A DNA stretch of 64,000 bases from Pseudolabrys sp. (GCA_036273755.1 DASUGZ010000172.1:4122-68121), one strand, 5' to 3'. Numbered from the stretch's first letter, positions 26,104 to 37,064 are shown. Numbers and translations are program-made. The notes: generated by a model from the sequence alone, not told the origin.

Positions 26104-28530
26104 TTAAAAACGATCGTCGGCCGGATTTTCCGGGATCAGAATCTCACGCTTGCCGGCATGGTTAGGCTGGCCGACGATGCCTTCCTGCTCCAGACGTTCC
26201 ATTAGCGAGGCGGCGCGGTTGTAGCCGATTTGCAGCCGACGCTGGATATAGGAGGTCGACGCCTTGCGGTCGCGCTTCACGATGGCGACCGCCTGTTGAT
26301 AGAGATCGCCGCCTTCGGCGAGGCCCATGCCGGTCGCATCGAAGACGGCGCCGTCCTCGCCCTCTTCCGGATCGCCGGCGGTCACCTCCTCGAGATATTC
26401 GGGGTGGCCCTGCGACTTCAGATGACGCACGACTTTCTCGACTTCGTCGTCGGAGACGAAAGGTCCATGCACGCGGCTGATGCGGCCGCCGCCGGCCATG
26501 TAGAGCATGTCGCCTTGGCCGAGGAGTTGTTCGGCGCCCTGCTCGCCCAAGATTGTGCGACTGTCGATCTTAGAGGTCACTTGGAAGGAGATGCGGGTCG
26601 GGAAATTCGCTTTGATGGTGCCGGTGATGACGTCGACCGAAGGACGTTGCGTGGCCAGGATGACGTGGATGCCTGCGGCGCGCGCCATCTGTGCCAGGCG
26701 CTGGATGGCACCTTCGATGTCCTTGCCGGCCACCATCATCAGGTCGGCCATTTCGTCGACGATGACGACGAGGTAAGGCAGCGGATCGAGCTCGAGCTCT
26801 TCCTTCTCGTAGATCGCCTCGCCGGTCTCCTTGTCGTAGCCAGTGTGCACGGTGCGCTGAAGCGTCTCGCCCTTCGCCTTGGCTTCGGCGAGCCGCGCGT
26901 TGTAGCCGTCGATGTTGCGCACGCCGAGCTTCGACATCTTCTTGTAGCGTTCCTCCATCTCGCGCACCGCCCATTTGAGCGCGACCACCGCCTTCTTCGG
27001 ATCGGTGACGACGGGCGTGAGCAGATGCGGGATGCCGTCATAAACGGACAGTTCGAGCATTTTCGGGTCGACCATGATCAGCCGACACTGATCGGGGCGC
27101 AGCCGGTAAACAAGCGACAAGATCATGGTGTTGATGGCGACAGATTTGCCGGAACCGGTGGTGCCTGCGATCAACAGATGCGGCATGCGGGCGAGATCGA
27201 CGATCACCGAGTCGCCGCCAATGGTCTTGCCGAGGCAGAGCGGCAGCTTGGCGGCGCTCTCGTTGTAGTCGTTGCCCGATAGCAGCTCGCGCAAATAGAC
27301 CTTCTCGCGCGTTGGATTGGGCAATTCGATGCCGATGGCGTTGCGGCCGGAGACGACCGCGACACGCGCTGACACCGCGCTCATCGAGCGGGCGATGTCG
27401 TCAGCAAGGCCGATCACGCGCGATGATTTGATGCCGGGCGCAGGCTCCAGCTCGTACAGCGTCACCACCGGCCCGGGGTGAGCATTGATGATCTCGCCGC
27501 GCACGCCGAAATCGCCGAGTACGCTTTCCAGCGCCACGGCATTGGCGTCGATGACGTCTTTTGACAGCGTCGCGCGTTCGGAGGCGCGCTGTGCCGCCAA
27601 GAAATTGAGCGAAGGCAATTGATAGCCGCTCGACGAGCGGCGCACGGGAGCGCGCGGCGCAGCGCGGCGGCGCGGCGCGGGAGCTGCGTCTTCGTCTTCG
27701 TCGGCATCGAAGTCAGACTCGGCGGGCATTCCGGCGCGCGGATGACTGTCGAAGCGCGGCTCTTGCCGCGGCCCGCCGGCTGGCAAGTCAGCAAACTTTG
27801 TGCGCAGCGGTGCGCGCGGGCTTCGCCGCAGCAGGAGTCCGGCGCGTGCTTTCCAGCTCAACAGCGCGTGCGCGATCATGCCAAGCCAGGCCGAGGCGTG
27901 ATCGCCACCGTCTTCTTCGACCTCTTCTTCGTCGCGCGCGGCGACTGGTTCGCTCGTGCGCTTGCCGCCGTAGCCGGCAGCGATGGCAGTGGTCGCCGCC
28001 GTGGCGAGGCCGAGCAGCACGGCGGCAATCAGCAGCGACAGGCCGTGCAGCGGGTGGCCGATGATTTTTGCGGGGGCGTGCAGTAATGCATCGCCGAACA
28101 CGCCGCCGAGACCTGTCGGCAGCGGCCAGGAGCCAATCCGCGGCAGGGTCGAAACGAAACCGGCGGCGAAAAACGTGGCGAGAATCCACGACAGGCCGCG
28201 CCATTTCTCGCCGAGCGGGCGATGCGCCAACAGTCGCCAGCCGAGTTGGATTTCGGGCACCAACAGCATGATGGCGGCAAGGCCGAGCAGTTGCATCGCC
28301 AGATCCGAGAAGATCGCGCCGGGGAAGCCGAGCAGATTATGAATCGGCGCCTGGGTCGCGTGGCTCAACGATGGGTCTTGCACCGACCATGTGGCGAGCG
28401 CGACGGCGGCAAGGAAGGCGAGCGTGATGAGCGCCAGGCCGGCGAGCTCGCTCAAGCGCCGCCGCAGGATATCGCGGAAGTGCTCGGTGATAAATGCAAC
28501 GGCATCGAGGCTGCGGTCGATCGCGGGCAT
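26104..28530 (-). CDS. ftsK: DNA translocase FtsK
   Basis: 808 aa. N-terminal TM helices are followed by an acidic/Pro-rich linker. The motor domain has Walker A GTTGSGKS and Walker [12 protein letters not shown]. The gamma-domain winged helix reads [24 protein letters not shown]. Confidence 0.95.
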   Translation of the reverse strand: MPAIDRSLDAVAFITEHFRDILRRRLSELAGLALITLAFLAAVALATWSVQDPSLSHATQAPIHNLLGFPGAIFSDLAMQLLGLAAIMLLVPEIQLGWRLLAHRPLGEKWRGLSWILATFFAAGFVSTLPRIGSWPLPTGLGGVFGDALLHAPAKIIGHPLHGLSLLIAAVLLGLATAATTAIAAGYGGKRTSEPVAARDEEEVEEDGGDHASAWLGMIAHALLSWKARAGLLLRRSPRAPLRTKFADLPAGGPRQEPRFDSHPRAGMPAESDFDADEDEDAAPAPRRRAAPRAPVRRSSSGYQLPSLNFLAAQRASERATLSKDVIDANAVALESVLGDFGVRGEIINAHPGPVVTLYELEPAPGIKSSRVIGLADDIARSMSAVSARVAVVSGRNAIGIELPNPTREKVYLRELLSGNDYNESAAKLPLCLGKTIGGDSVIVDLARMPHLLIAGTTGSGKSVAINTMILSLVYRLRPDQCRLIMVDPKMLELSVYDGIPHLLTPVVTDPKKAVVALKWAVREMEERYKKMSKLGVRNIDGYNARLAEAKAKGETLQRTVHTGYDKETGEAIYEKEELELDPLPYLVVIVDEMADLMMVAGKDIEGAIQRLAQMARAAGIHVILATQRPSVDVITGTIKANFPTRISFQVTSKIDSRTILGEQGAEQLLGQGDMLYMAGGGRISRVHGPFVSDDEVEKVVRHLKSQGHPEYLEEVTAGDPEEGEDGAVFDATGMGLAEGGDLYQQAVAIVKRDRKASTSYIQRRLQIGYNRAASLMERLEQEGIVGQPNHAGKREILIPENPADDRF

Positions 28531-28534
28531 GTTG

Positions 28535-29749
28535 CTACCTTAAGACCGCGACGAGGCGATGCAGCGCCTCCGCCGTGGTCGCCTTGTCCTGCACCATGGC
28601 GACGCGGATATAGTCCGCGCCGGGGTTCGAGCCGTCCGTCTGTTCGCGCGCGAGATAGCGGCCGGGCACGACGCGCACGCCGGCCTCCTGCCACAGCTTC
28701 TTGGTGACGGCTTCGCTGCCGCCGTAAGCGGACACATCGAGCCAGAGAAAAAATCCGCCGGCCGGACGCACATAGCCGTAGCGGTCGCCGATGATCTGAT
28801 CGGCGAGGTCGAATTTGGCCGAATAGAGCTTGCGGTTTTCTTTGACATGCGCCTCGTCGCCATAGGCCGCGACGGCGACGTGCTGCGAGGGTCCGGGTAC
28901 CTGAGGTGCTGCGACATTGCGCAACTCGAGAAAGGCGGCGAGGAAGCGGCGGTCGCCGGCGGCGAAGCCGATGCGCAGGCCGGGCAGGTTCGAGCGCTTC
29001 GACAGCGAATGGAAGACGACGACATTGGCGAAGTCGGGACCGGAGGCTTCCAGCATTCCGGCGGGCGCGTGCTCGCTGTAGATTTCGCAATAACATTCGT
29101 CGGCAAACACCAGAAAGCCGTGGCGGCGCGCCAGACCGGCAAGCCGCTCGAGATAGCTTCGCGACGCAACGGCGCCCTGCGGGTTCGAGGGCGAAGCAAG
29201 ATAGAAGGCGACCGTGCGCGCCAGCAGCGCGTCGTCGAGCGCGTCGATGTCGGGCAGGAAACCGCTTGCGCGGGTCGCCGGCATGTAGACCGGTTCGCAA
29301 TCGGCGGCCTGCGCGCCGGCGCCATAGGCGGCATAAAACGGATTGGGGATCAGCACCGTGGGTTTGCCGGCGCGCGCACGCACCCAACGTCTGGCGGCGA
29401 TGGCGCCGAGGAACAGGCCTTCGCGCGTGCCGTTGAGCACCAGCACTTCATTTTCGGGATCGATCGGCCGCGGCAGTTTGTAGCGGCGGTTGAGCCACTG
29501 CGCTGCGGCACGGCGGAACGGCTCGCCGCCTTTGTTGGCCGGATAGCGGCCGAATTCGTCAAGATGAGCGGCAAGCTCGGGTCCGACGAAAGATGGGATC
29601 GGGTGCTGGGGCTCGCCGACCGACAGATTGATCGCCGGCTTGCCGGGCGCGATGCCGGCGATCAGTTCGGTCAGCCGCACGAACGGCGAGCGGTTCTCGG
29701 CCGCCGGGGCAGGACTGTTAGTTTCACGCTGGGCGGTCGTTGTCGGCAT
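28535..29749 (-). CDS. class I/II PLP-dependent aminotransferase
   Basis: Start refined to ATG 29749. It has the motifs [22 protein letters not shown] and [15 protein letters not shown] (the PLP lysine). Confidence 0.85.
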   Translation of the reverse strand: MPTTTAQRETNSPAPAAENRSPFVRLTELIAGIAPGKPAINLSVGEPQHPIPSFVGPELAAHLDEFGRYPANKGGEPFRRAAAQWLNRRYKLPRPIDPENEVLVLNGTREGLFLGAIAARRWVRARAGKPTVLIPNPFYAAYGAGAQAADCEPVYMPATRASGFLPDIDALDDALLARTVAFYLASPSNPQGAVASRSYLERLAGLARRHGFLVFADECYCEIYSEHAPAGMLEASGPDFANVVVFHSLSKRSNLPGLRIGFAAGDRRFLAAFLELRNVAAPQVPGPSQHVAVAAYGDEAHVKENRKLYSAKFDLADQIIGDRYGYVRPAGGFFLWLDVSAYGGSEAVTKKLWQEAGVRVVPGRYLAREQTDGSNPGADYIRVAMVQDKATTAEALHRLVAVLR

Positions 29750-29862
29750 AGAACCATGATGCGGGGTGAGCCCGCGGCAGTATGTTTGCGCCACATTAAA
29801 TAGGGCGAGGTTAAGACCCGATTAACCATCGGCCGACGGGCCTTAACTCGCGCCGATAGGCC

Positions 29863-29900
29863 AAAAAGAAAAGGCCCCCGGCTCTTGCGAACCGGGGGCC
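29863..29900 (-). terminator. rho-independent terminator downstream of amtB
   Basis: On the minus strand, GGCCCCCGG-10 nt-CCGGGGGCC is followed by UUUUCUUUUU. It starts 53 nt after the amtB stop. Confidence 0.7.
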
Positions 29901-29952
29901 TCGACGGAAGGGACAGTGCCGGGTTTCCGCCCCTGCCGCTAGTTTGTCGCGG

Positions 29953-31401
29953 TTACTGAACCGCCTCGCCGTGCAGCGCGAGATCGAGACCCTCGCGTTC
30001 GACCTCCTCGCTGACACGCAGGCCAATGATCACGTCGATGATCTTGAGCAGGATCAACGACACAATCGCGTCGTACACGATGACGACGGCGATGCCCTTG
30101 ACCTGGTTGATCATCTGCGCGGCATTGCCTTCGATCAGGCCGGCGGTGCCGCCGTACTCGTTGATTGCGAAGACGCCGGTCAGGAGCGCGCCGACGATAC
30201 CGCCGACCGCGTGAACGCCGAAGCAGTCGAGCGCGTCGTCTTTACCGTGCATCCGCTTGAGGCCAGTGACACCCCAGTAGCAGACGGCGCCGGCGGCAAC
30301 ACCGATCGCCATCGAGCCGACCGGGCCGACATAGCCGGACGCCGGGGTGATGGCGACGAGTCCGGCGACTGCGCCGGAGCAGATGCCGATCACCGTCGGC
30401 TTGCCACGGTGAGCCCATTCGACCAGCATCCAGACGAAGCCGGCCACGGCGGTGGCGATTTGAGTCACGGTCATCGCCATCCCCGCCTGCATGCCGGCGG
30501 TAACGGCGGAGCCGGCGTTGAAGCCGAACCAGCCGACCCACAGCAACGAAGCGCCGATGAAGGTGAGCACCATGTTGTGACCCGGGCCGGCATCCTTACG
30601 CTTGCCGAGCATGATTGCGCACATCAGACCGGCGACGCCGGCGTTGATATGCACCACCGTGCCGCCGGCGAAGTCGAGGACTTTGAACATGGCATCGTTG
30701 TTGCCGTTGGACATGAATCCGTCGGCGCCCCAGACCCAATGCGCTATCGGCGCATAGACCAGGACTGCCCACAGGCCGATAAACCACAGCATCGCCGAGA
30801 ATTTCATGCGCTCGGCGAAGGCGCCGGCAATCAGCGCCGGGGTAATGATCGCGAAGGTCATCTGGAAGCACATGTAGACGGTCTCGGGGATGGTCGGCGC
30901 CAAGCCGTTCGGCGTGCCGATACCCGTCGAGATATCGCTCAGAATGCCTTGCAGGAATGCGCGACTGAACCCGCCGAGGAATGGCCCGCCGGTCGTGAAC
31001 GACATGCTGTAGGTCACGCACGCATAGAGGATCGTGACCAGACACGTGACGGCGAAGCTCGTCATCACGGTGTCGCCTACGTTCTTCTTGCGCACCATGC
31101 CGCCGTAAAACAGGCCGAGGCCGGGAATGGTCATCATCAGCACGAGCGCGACTGAAGTGAGCATCCAAGCGGTATCGCCTGAGTTCGGCGTACACTTCTC
31201 AAGGACCGCCTTTTTCGGATCGGGATCATTGGCGCAGGCGGGCGGCGGTGCGGCCGCTGCAGGTGCCGGAGCGGCTGTAGGCGCCGGGGCCGGCGTCTGA
31301 GCGTACGACGAATTATACGTTCCCACGCTCAGAAAAAGGCCGAGCAAAATCCCGAAGGCGAGAGCCAACAGCCCCGCACGGGAGGATTTCTTCAACGTCA
31401 T
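29953..31401 (-). CDS. amtB: ammonium transporter (module 1) with extended Pro/Ala-rich N-terminal region
   Basis: 482 aa. It has a signal peptide, the Amt signature DFAGGTVVHINAGVAGL and 11 TM segments. It lies directly downstream of a PII gene. Confidence 0.93.
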   Translation of the reverse strand: MTLKKSSRAGLLALAFGILLGLFLSVGTYNSSYAQTPAPAPTAAPAPAAAAPPPACANDPDPKKAVLEKCTPNSGDTAWMLTSVALVLMMTIPGLGLFYGGMVRKKNVGDTVMTSFAVTCLVTILYACVTYSMSFTTGGPFLGGFSRAFLQGILSDISTGIGTPNGLAPTIPETVYMCFQMTFAIITPALIAGAFAERMKFSAMLWFIGLWAVLVYAPIAHWVWGADGFMSNGNNDAMFKVLDFAGGTVVHINAGVAGLMCAIMLGKRKDAGPGHNMVLTFIGASLLWVGWFGFNAGSAVTAGMQAGMAMTVTQIATAVAGFVWMLVEWAHRGKPTVIGICSGAVAGLVAITPASGYVGPVGSMAIGVAAGAVCYWGVTGLKRMHGKDDALDCFGVHAVGGIVGALLTGVFAINEYGGTAGLIEGNAAQMINQVKGIAVVIVYDAIVSLILLKIIDVIIGLRVSEEVEREGLDLALHGEAVQ

Positions 31402-31440
31402 GGTCTAACTCCTGTCCGTATTGTTTTGCGGTGCGGGTTG

Positions 31441-31935
<495 letters not shown>

Positions 31936-32094
31936 TTAGGAAATTCAGGTCGCGCCGGTCGGCGTGATGACCGCCTCTTAAGGGCCGCCCAAAGAGCGGT
32001 CACCGCAAGCGGGCACTGCACAATAAATAGTCAGAGCCAGTGCCGCGGAATTGCGCGGCGCGGCCGAGTTGAAAAATCGGATTGCAGCCGGTCG

Positions 32095-33411
32095 CTACTG
32101 CAAGGCTTCGCCGTGCTGGCTGACGTCGAGGCCCATCACTTCGTCCTCCTGTTTTACGCGGAGCGGAACGAAGAGCTCGATGACCTTAAGGATTACAAAG
32201 GTGACAAAGCCCGACCAGATAATCGTGACGACGATGCCGTAGAGCTGCGCCACGACCTGATGCGGGTTGCCCTCGAGCAATCCGGGAATGCCCTTGGGCG
32301 CGTCGGGGCCGACCGACAATGCGGCGACGGCGAAGACGCCGGCGAGCAGCGTGCCGGTAAACCCGCCGATGCCGTGCACGCCGAACACGTCGAGCGAGTC
32401 GTCGTAGCCGACCTTGAGCTTGAGCCAGGTGCAGGCCCAGAAGCAGATGGCGCCGGCGATCAGGCCGATGGCGACCGCCTGCATCGGCATCACAAAGCCC
32501 GAGGCCGGCGTGATGGTGCCCAAGCCCGCCACTGCGCCGGAGATCATGCCGAGCACCGAGGGCTTGCCGCGCGTCCACCATTCGAGCGCCATCCAGGTGA
32601 TGGCGCCGGCGCTGGCGGCGAGATGCGTGGCGACGATGGCCATCACGGCGCGCGAATTGGCGCCGAGCGCCGAGCCGCCGTTGAAACCGAACCAGCCGAC
32701 CCACAACAGGCCGGTGCCGATGACGGCGAGACCAAGGTCGAACGGCGCCAGGTTCTCGTGGCCGTAACCGCGGCGCATGCCGAGCAGATAGGCCGCGGTC
32801 AGGCCGGCAACGCCGGCATTGAGATGGACGACCGTGCCGCCGGCGAAATCGATGAGCCCGTAGGTGCCGAGGAAGCCGCCGCCCCAGACCCAATGCGCGA
32901 CCGGCACATAGACCAGCAGCAGCCACAACGCGCAGAAGATCAAATAGGCCGAGAAGCGCAGGCGGTCGGCAACCGAGCCTGCCACCAGCGCCACGGTGAT
33001 GATGGCGAACGTCATCTGGTAGATCATGAACAGCGCTTCCGGGATGGTCGCCGCCAGCGGCGAAATCGAATCCATGCCCATACCGTGCAGGAAAATGCGG
33101 TCGAGATTGCCGATCACCGCGCCGTTGCCGGAGAAGGCGAGCGAGTAGCCGATGAAGGCCCACAGGATCGAGACCAGAAATGTTGCCGCCAGCGACTGCG
33201 CCATGGTGGCAAGCACGTTCTTCTTGCGCACCATGCCGGAGTAGAACAGCGCCAGGCCCGGGATCGTCATCATCAAGACGAGGCCGGTCGCGCCGATCAT
33301 CCAGGCGGTGTCGGCGGCGTCGATCTTGGGCGTTTGCGCGAAGGCGGGCGAAGCGATCAGAGTAGTCGCCGCTCCGATCGCAATCGCGAGGCGTTGGTGC
33401 AACCGTGTCAT
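32095..33411 (-). CDS. amtB: ammonium transporter (module 2)
   Basis: Start refined to ATG 33411 (MTRLHQRLAIAIGAATTLIASPAFA, a signal peptide). The Amt signature is DFAGGTVVHLNAGVAGL. Confidence 0.92.
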   Translation of the reverse strand: MTRLHQRLAIAIGAATTLIASPAFAQTPKIDAADTAWMIGATGLVLMMTIPGLALFYSGMVRKKNVLATMAQSLAATFLVSILWAFIGYSLAFSGNGAVIGNLDRIFLHGMGMDSISPLAATIPEALFMIYQMTFAIITVALVAGSVADRLRFSAYLIFCALWLLLVYVPVAHWVWGGGFLGTYGLIDFAGGTVVHLNAGVAGLTAAYLLGMRRGYGHENLAPFDLGLAVIGTGLLWVGWFGFNGGSALGANSRAVMAIVATHLAASAGAITWMALEWWTRGKPSVLGMISGAVAGLGTITPASGFVMPMQAVAIGLIAGAICFWACTWLKLKVGYDDSLDVFGVHGIGGFTGTLLAGVFAVAALSVGPDAPKGIPGLLEGNPHQVVAQLYGIVVTIIWSGFVTFVILKVIELFVPLRVKQEDEVMGLDVSQHGEALQ

Positions 33412-33501
33412 TTGTATTCCCCCAGCAGATTGTTGCATTCGTACCGTCACCTTTCGGCGCTCGGTCCGCGGCCGGCACCTCAGTGTGGCGGAGAGAAATT
33501 G

Positions 33502-33840
33502 CTACAGTGCGTTGTCGCCGGTTTCGCCGGTGCGGATGCGCACGGATTGTTCAAGCGGCATGACGAAGATTTTTCCGTCGCCGATTTGCCCGGTCTTGGC
33601 GGCGGCGGCGATCGCATCCATGGCTTGGTCGATCAGTTCGCTCGACACAGCGACCTCGATGCGCAGCTTGGGCAAGAAGTTCACCGCGTATTCGGCGCCG
33701 CGATAAATCTCCATGTGTCCTTTTTGCCGCCCGTAGCCTTTGACCTCGTTCACGGTCATGCCGTGCACGCCGATACGGGTGAGGGCGTCGCGCACCTCGT
33801 CGAGCTTGAACGGTTTGATGACCGCAATGACCAGCTTCAT
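33502..33840 (-). CDS. glnK: P-II nitrogen regulatory protein GlnK (module 2)
   Basis: 112 aa from ATG 33840: [51 protein letters not shown]. It lies upstream of the second amtB. Confidence 0.95.
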   Translation of the reverse strand: MKLVIAVIKPFKLDEVRDALTRIGVHGMTVNEVKGYGRQKGHMEIYRGAEYAVNFLPKLRIEVAVSSELIDQAMDAIAAAAKTGQIGDGKIFVMPLEQSVRIRTGETGDNAL

Positions 33841-34059
33841 GGTTGACCTTCGTAGCTGGCGTTCGATCGAGCCTGCGTCCGCTTCGTCGAGTGAAGGAGG
33901 GGAAACGGAACCTGTCGCGATCGAAGGCCGAGGGTGGACAAGAGCCTCCCCGGCGGAGCCCGGCAGGCCTGATTTGCCTAGCCTATCGACAGGCGGGCCA
34001 AAGATTAAGCGGCAATGTTGCCATTTCCAAAGGCAATCGCCGTCCAATTGGTCAATTCA

Positions 34060-34076
34060 GGTCAATATTATTGACC
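34060..34076. promoter_or_regulatory. perfect 8-bp inverted repeat GGTCAATA-T-TATTGACC (candidate operator)
   Basis: An AT-rich palindrome abuts the stop of the DUF2927 gene, about 220 nt upstream of glnK module 2. Further GTCAAT half-sites occur at 34051-34056, and a CCAATTGG palindrome at 34044-34051. Confidence 0.4.
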
Positions 34077-34861
34077 TACCGCCCGTCGGGCGACCCACTG
34101 AGGCCGAGGTCTTTGATCACGGCGGGCAGCCGCCGACGGGTCTGCGACAGTGTCATGCCGGGCGTCACGCGCGGGTCGTAGAGCAGGGTCAAGAGCGCGC
34201 GGTCGTAAACGGAGAGGTAGCCGACCATGCGCCGCTGGTTGAGCGTGGTCCACGGATTGCGCTGGTCGTGGTTCGACAGGCCGAAGGCGTGCAGCAGCTC
34301 GTGATAGGCGCAGTCGAAAAAGACCTTGTTGCCCTTGTCGACGATGATGAAGGAAATCGAATGAAGGATGCGGCCGCCGGGGCTCGATTTCACGCTGGTC
34401 ACGCATTGCGGGTTGGTGCGGTTGATGAAGGTCCTGGCGATACGCGTTCCGAACGCGGCCTCGAGCGCCGGCGCAATGTCTCTTTCGTCGATCAGGCGCA
34501 CCTCGACATCGGCGGTTGCGGCATCGTCGGTCTCGCTCAGCCGCAGTGACGGCACCTGCGCAGCGAAGTCACCGAGCACCTGACGCATGGCCGTGGTGCG
34601 ATCGACGCTGCCGCTGGCAATTACCGCGGCGCGGATCGGCCGATCGAAGCGGCGGATGCCGCGCGGTGCCGCGCCGACACGCAAATCGGAACCGACGGAG
34701 AGCGCGAGAAATCCGCGCATCAATTCGGCGGTGGAGAATACCGTGTATTGCGGCGGCGCGCCGGAGAACGCGCCGGGCGGCGCCGGCTGCTTGTTGGACG
34801 CGGCCAAGGCAGTTGCGGTTGCCGACAACAGAACAACAAGCGCAGCAAATGTTCGCTTCAT
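34076..34861 (-). CDS. DUF2927-like secreted protein with HExxH motif
   Basis: Start refined to ATG 34861 (MKRTFAALVVLLSATATALAA, a signal peptide). A zinc-protease-like motif, AYHELLHAFGLSNH, is present. It starts 8 nt after the tesB stop. Confidence 0.7.
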   Translation of the reverse strand: MKRTFAALVVLLSATATALAASNKQPAPPGAFSGAPPQYTVFSTAELMRGFLALSVGSDLRVGAAPRGIRRFDRPIRAAVIASGSVDRTTAMRQVLGDFAAQVPSLRLSETDDAATADVEVRLIDERDIAPALEAAFGTRIARTFINRTNPQCVTSVKSSPGGRILHSISFIIVDKGNKVFFDCAYHELLHAFGLSNHDQRNPWTTLNQRRMVGYLSVYDRALLTLLYDPRVTPGMTLSQTRRRLPAVIKDLGLSGSPDGR

Positions 34862-34869
34862 GGTCTCGA

Positions 34870-35739
34870 TCAGGTGCGCCGCTGGCGCACCAGGCCTTCC
34901 TGCGCCACCGAGGCGACCAGCGTGCCGTCGCGGGTGAAGATCAGGCCGCGCGAAAAGCCGCGCGAGCCGTGCAGATTGGGCGAGTCCTGCGCGTAGAGCA
35001 GCCACTCGTCGGCGCGGAACGGCCGGTGCAACCAGAGCGCATGATCGAGGCTTGCCGCCATGAATTCCTTTTCGAACAGCGTGCGGCCGTGCGGCACCAG
35101 CGCCGTGTCGAGCAGTCCCATGTCAGAGGTGTAGGCCAGCACGCACTGATGGATCGCCGGATCATCCGGCAACGGACCGGTGGTCTTGATCCACACGTTG
35201 AAGCGGCCATCGGGATGTTTCTTGCCGAGATAGCGGTCGAACTCGACTGGCCGCAATTCGATAGGTCGTTCGCGCTCGTAATAACGGCGCACTGGATCGG
35301 GCATTGCCGGGAGAATTTTTTCGCGCACCTCGGCCTCGCTCGGCAATTTTTCCGGCGGCGGCACGTCCGGCATTTTCGCCTGATGCTCGAGCCCGGGCTC
35401 GTCGTTATGAAACGATACCAGCATGGAAAAAATCGGATGGCCGTGCTGGCGTGCAGTGACGCGGCGCGTGGTAAAGCTCTTGCCGTCGCGGATGCGGTCG
35501 ACGTCATAGATGATCGGCGTCTTGGGATCGCCCGGCAGCAGGAAATACGCATGCATGGAATGTGGCGGGCGGCCCTCCACAGTGCGCACCGCGGCGACCA
35601 GCGCCTGGCCGATCACCTGGCCGCCGAACACGCGCTGCCAGCCCGTTTGCGGCGAGCGGCCGCGGAACAGATTGAGGTCCAGCTCCTCGAGATCGAGGAT
35701 CGATAACAGGTCCTGAACGGCGGAATTGCTGGTGGTCAT
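34870..35739 (-). CDS. tesB: acyl-CoA thioesterase II
   Basis: 289 aa. It reads LLSILDLEELDLNLFRG.S......RVFGGQVIGQAL, a double hot-dog pattern. Confidence 0.9.
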   Translation of the reverse strand: MTTSNSAVQDLLSILDLEELDLNLFRGRSPQTGWQRVFGGQVIGQALVAAVRTVEGRPPHSMHAYFLLPGDPKTPIIYDVDRIRDGKSFTTRRVTARQHGHPIFSMLVSFHNDEPGLEHQAKMPDVPPPEKLPSEAEVREKILPAMPDPVRRYYERERPIELRPVEFDRYLGKKHPDGRFNVWIKTTGPLPDDPAIHQCVLAYTSDMGLLDTALVPHGRTLFEKEFMAASLDHALWLHRPFRADEWLLYAQDSPNLHGSRGFSRGLIFTRDGTLVASVAQEGLVRQRRT

Positions 35740-35822
35740 GTTTCGGGCCGTTTCTCGTCGAATGCAGCCCTCAACCTGCTATGCTGGCGAGCGTTTTACA
35801 AGGAAGCAGCGGCGAAAGTCCC

Positions 35823-37064
35823 ATGCCGAAGGTGCTGAAAGACCGCCATAAAAAGACCGATCTCATTGTCGGCGGGGCCGGCTTTGCCGGTCTGGCGCTG
35901 GCGATTGCGCTACGCCAAGGCCTGGGCGACGCCTTTGCGGTGACGATAGCCGACCCGGCGTTGGCCTCGACGCCGTCGAAAGATCCGCGCGCCTCGGCCA
36001 TTGCGGCGGCAGCGCGGCGGCTGTTCGAGACGATCGGCGTCTGGGACGCGGTTGCCGGCGAGGCGCAGCCGATGCTCGATATGGTCATCACCGATTCGAA
36101 GCTCGACGACGCCGTGCGGCCAACGTTCCTCAGTTTCGGCGGCGACGTCGAGGAGGGCGAACCTTTCGCGCACATGGTCGAGAACCGCCATCTGATCGAC
36201 GCGCTGGTCGCCAAGGCCAAAGCGCTTGGCGTCGATCTGCGGGCGGACGCAGTGAGTGGGTTTGAAAATACGCCGAATGCAATCGACGTACGGCTCGGCG
36301 GCGGCGAGACGATCCCCGCGCGGCTCCTGGTCGGCGCCGACGGCGCCAAGTCGAAGATCCGCGAGCAGGCCGGCATCGCTACGCATGGCTGGAACTACGA
36401 CCAGTCGGCCATCGTCTGCACCGTCGCGCACGAACGCGATCACCATGGCCGCGCCGAGGAGCATTTCTTGCCGGCGGGCCCGTTCGCCATCCTGCCGTTG
36501 AAAGGAAATCGCTCGTCGATCGTCTGGACCGAAACGGCGGGCGAGGCCGAACGCATCGTCGCGCTGCCCGATGTCGAGTTTCATGACGAGTTGGAGAAAC
36601 GCTTCGGCCTGCACCTTGGTGATCTCGAGGTGGTCGCGCCGCGCCGCGCCTTTCCGCTCGGCCTGTTCACCGCCCGCTCGTTCATCGGCGAGCGGCTGGC
36701 GCTGATCGGCGACGCCGCGCACATCATTCACCCGATCGCCGGGCAAGGGCTCAACATGGGGTTGCGCGACGTTGCCGCGCTGGCCGAGGCCGTTGTCGAT
36801 GCGGCGCGTCTCGGGCTCGATATCGGCGCGGCCGACGTGCTTGAGCGCTATCAGCGCTGGCGCCGCTTCGACACCATGACCATGGGCGCCGCCACCGACG
36901 GCTTGAACCGGCTGTTCTCCAACTCGTCCGATGTGCTGCGCTTGGCGCGCGACCTCGGTCTCGGCGTCGTCGAACGGCTGCCGGCGCTCAAGGGCGTGTT
37001 CGTCCGCGAGGCGGCGGGCTTTACCGGCGACGTGCCGAAGCTGCTCAAGGGCGAAGCGCTGTAG
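35823..37064 (+). CDS. UbiH/UbiF/VisC/COQ6-family FAD-dependent ubiquinone-biosynthesis hydroxylase
   Basis: Start refined to ATG 35823. The FAD fingerprint is DLIVGGAGFAGLALA, and the later motif is ALIGDAAHIIHPIAGQGLNMGLRD. Confidence 0.9.
   Translation: MPKVLKDRHKKTDLIVGGAGFAGLALAIALRQGLGDAFAVTIADPALASTPSKDPRASAIAAAARRLFETIGVWDAVAGEAQPMLDMVITDSKLDDAVRPTFLSFGGDVEEGEPFAHMVENRHLIDALVAKAKALGVDLRADAVSGFENTPNAIDVRLGGGETIPARLLVGADGAKSKIREQAGIATHGWNYDQSAIVCTVAHERDHHGRAEEHFLPAGPFAILPLKGNRSSIVWTETAGEAERIVALPDVEFHDELEKRFGLHLGDLEVVAPRRAFPLGLFTARSFIGERLALIGDAAHIIHPIAGQGLNMGLRDVAALAEAVVDAARLGLDIGAADVLERYQRWRRFDTMTMGAATDGLNRLFSNSSDVLRLARDLGLGVVERLPALKGVFVREAAGFTGDVPKLLKGEAL

Noticed and set aside
32113-33846. 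577-aa plus-strand ORF (also 29944..31155 and 28559..29803)
   Set aside because: These are antisense to amtB/glnK module 2, amtB module 1 and the aminotransferase, respectively. All are typical high-GC shadow ORFs.
34007-34023. Possible sigma-54 promoter for glnK module 2 (minus strand TGGCAACATTGCCGCTT)
   Set aside because: The -24 element is only TGGCAA and the correctly spaced -12 is CCGC. The sequence is also part of a near-palindrome (GGCAATGTTGCC). This is too weak to call without TSS data.
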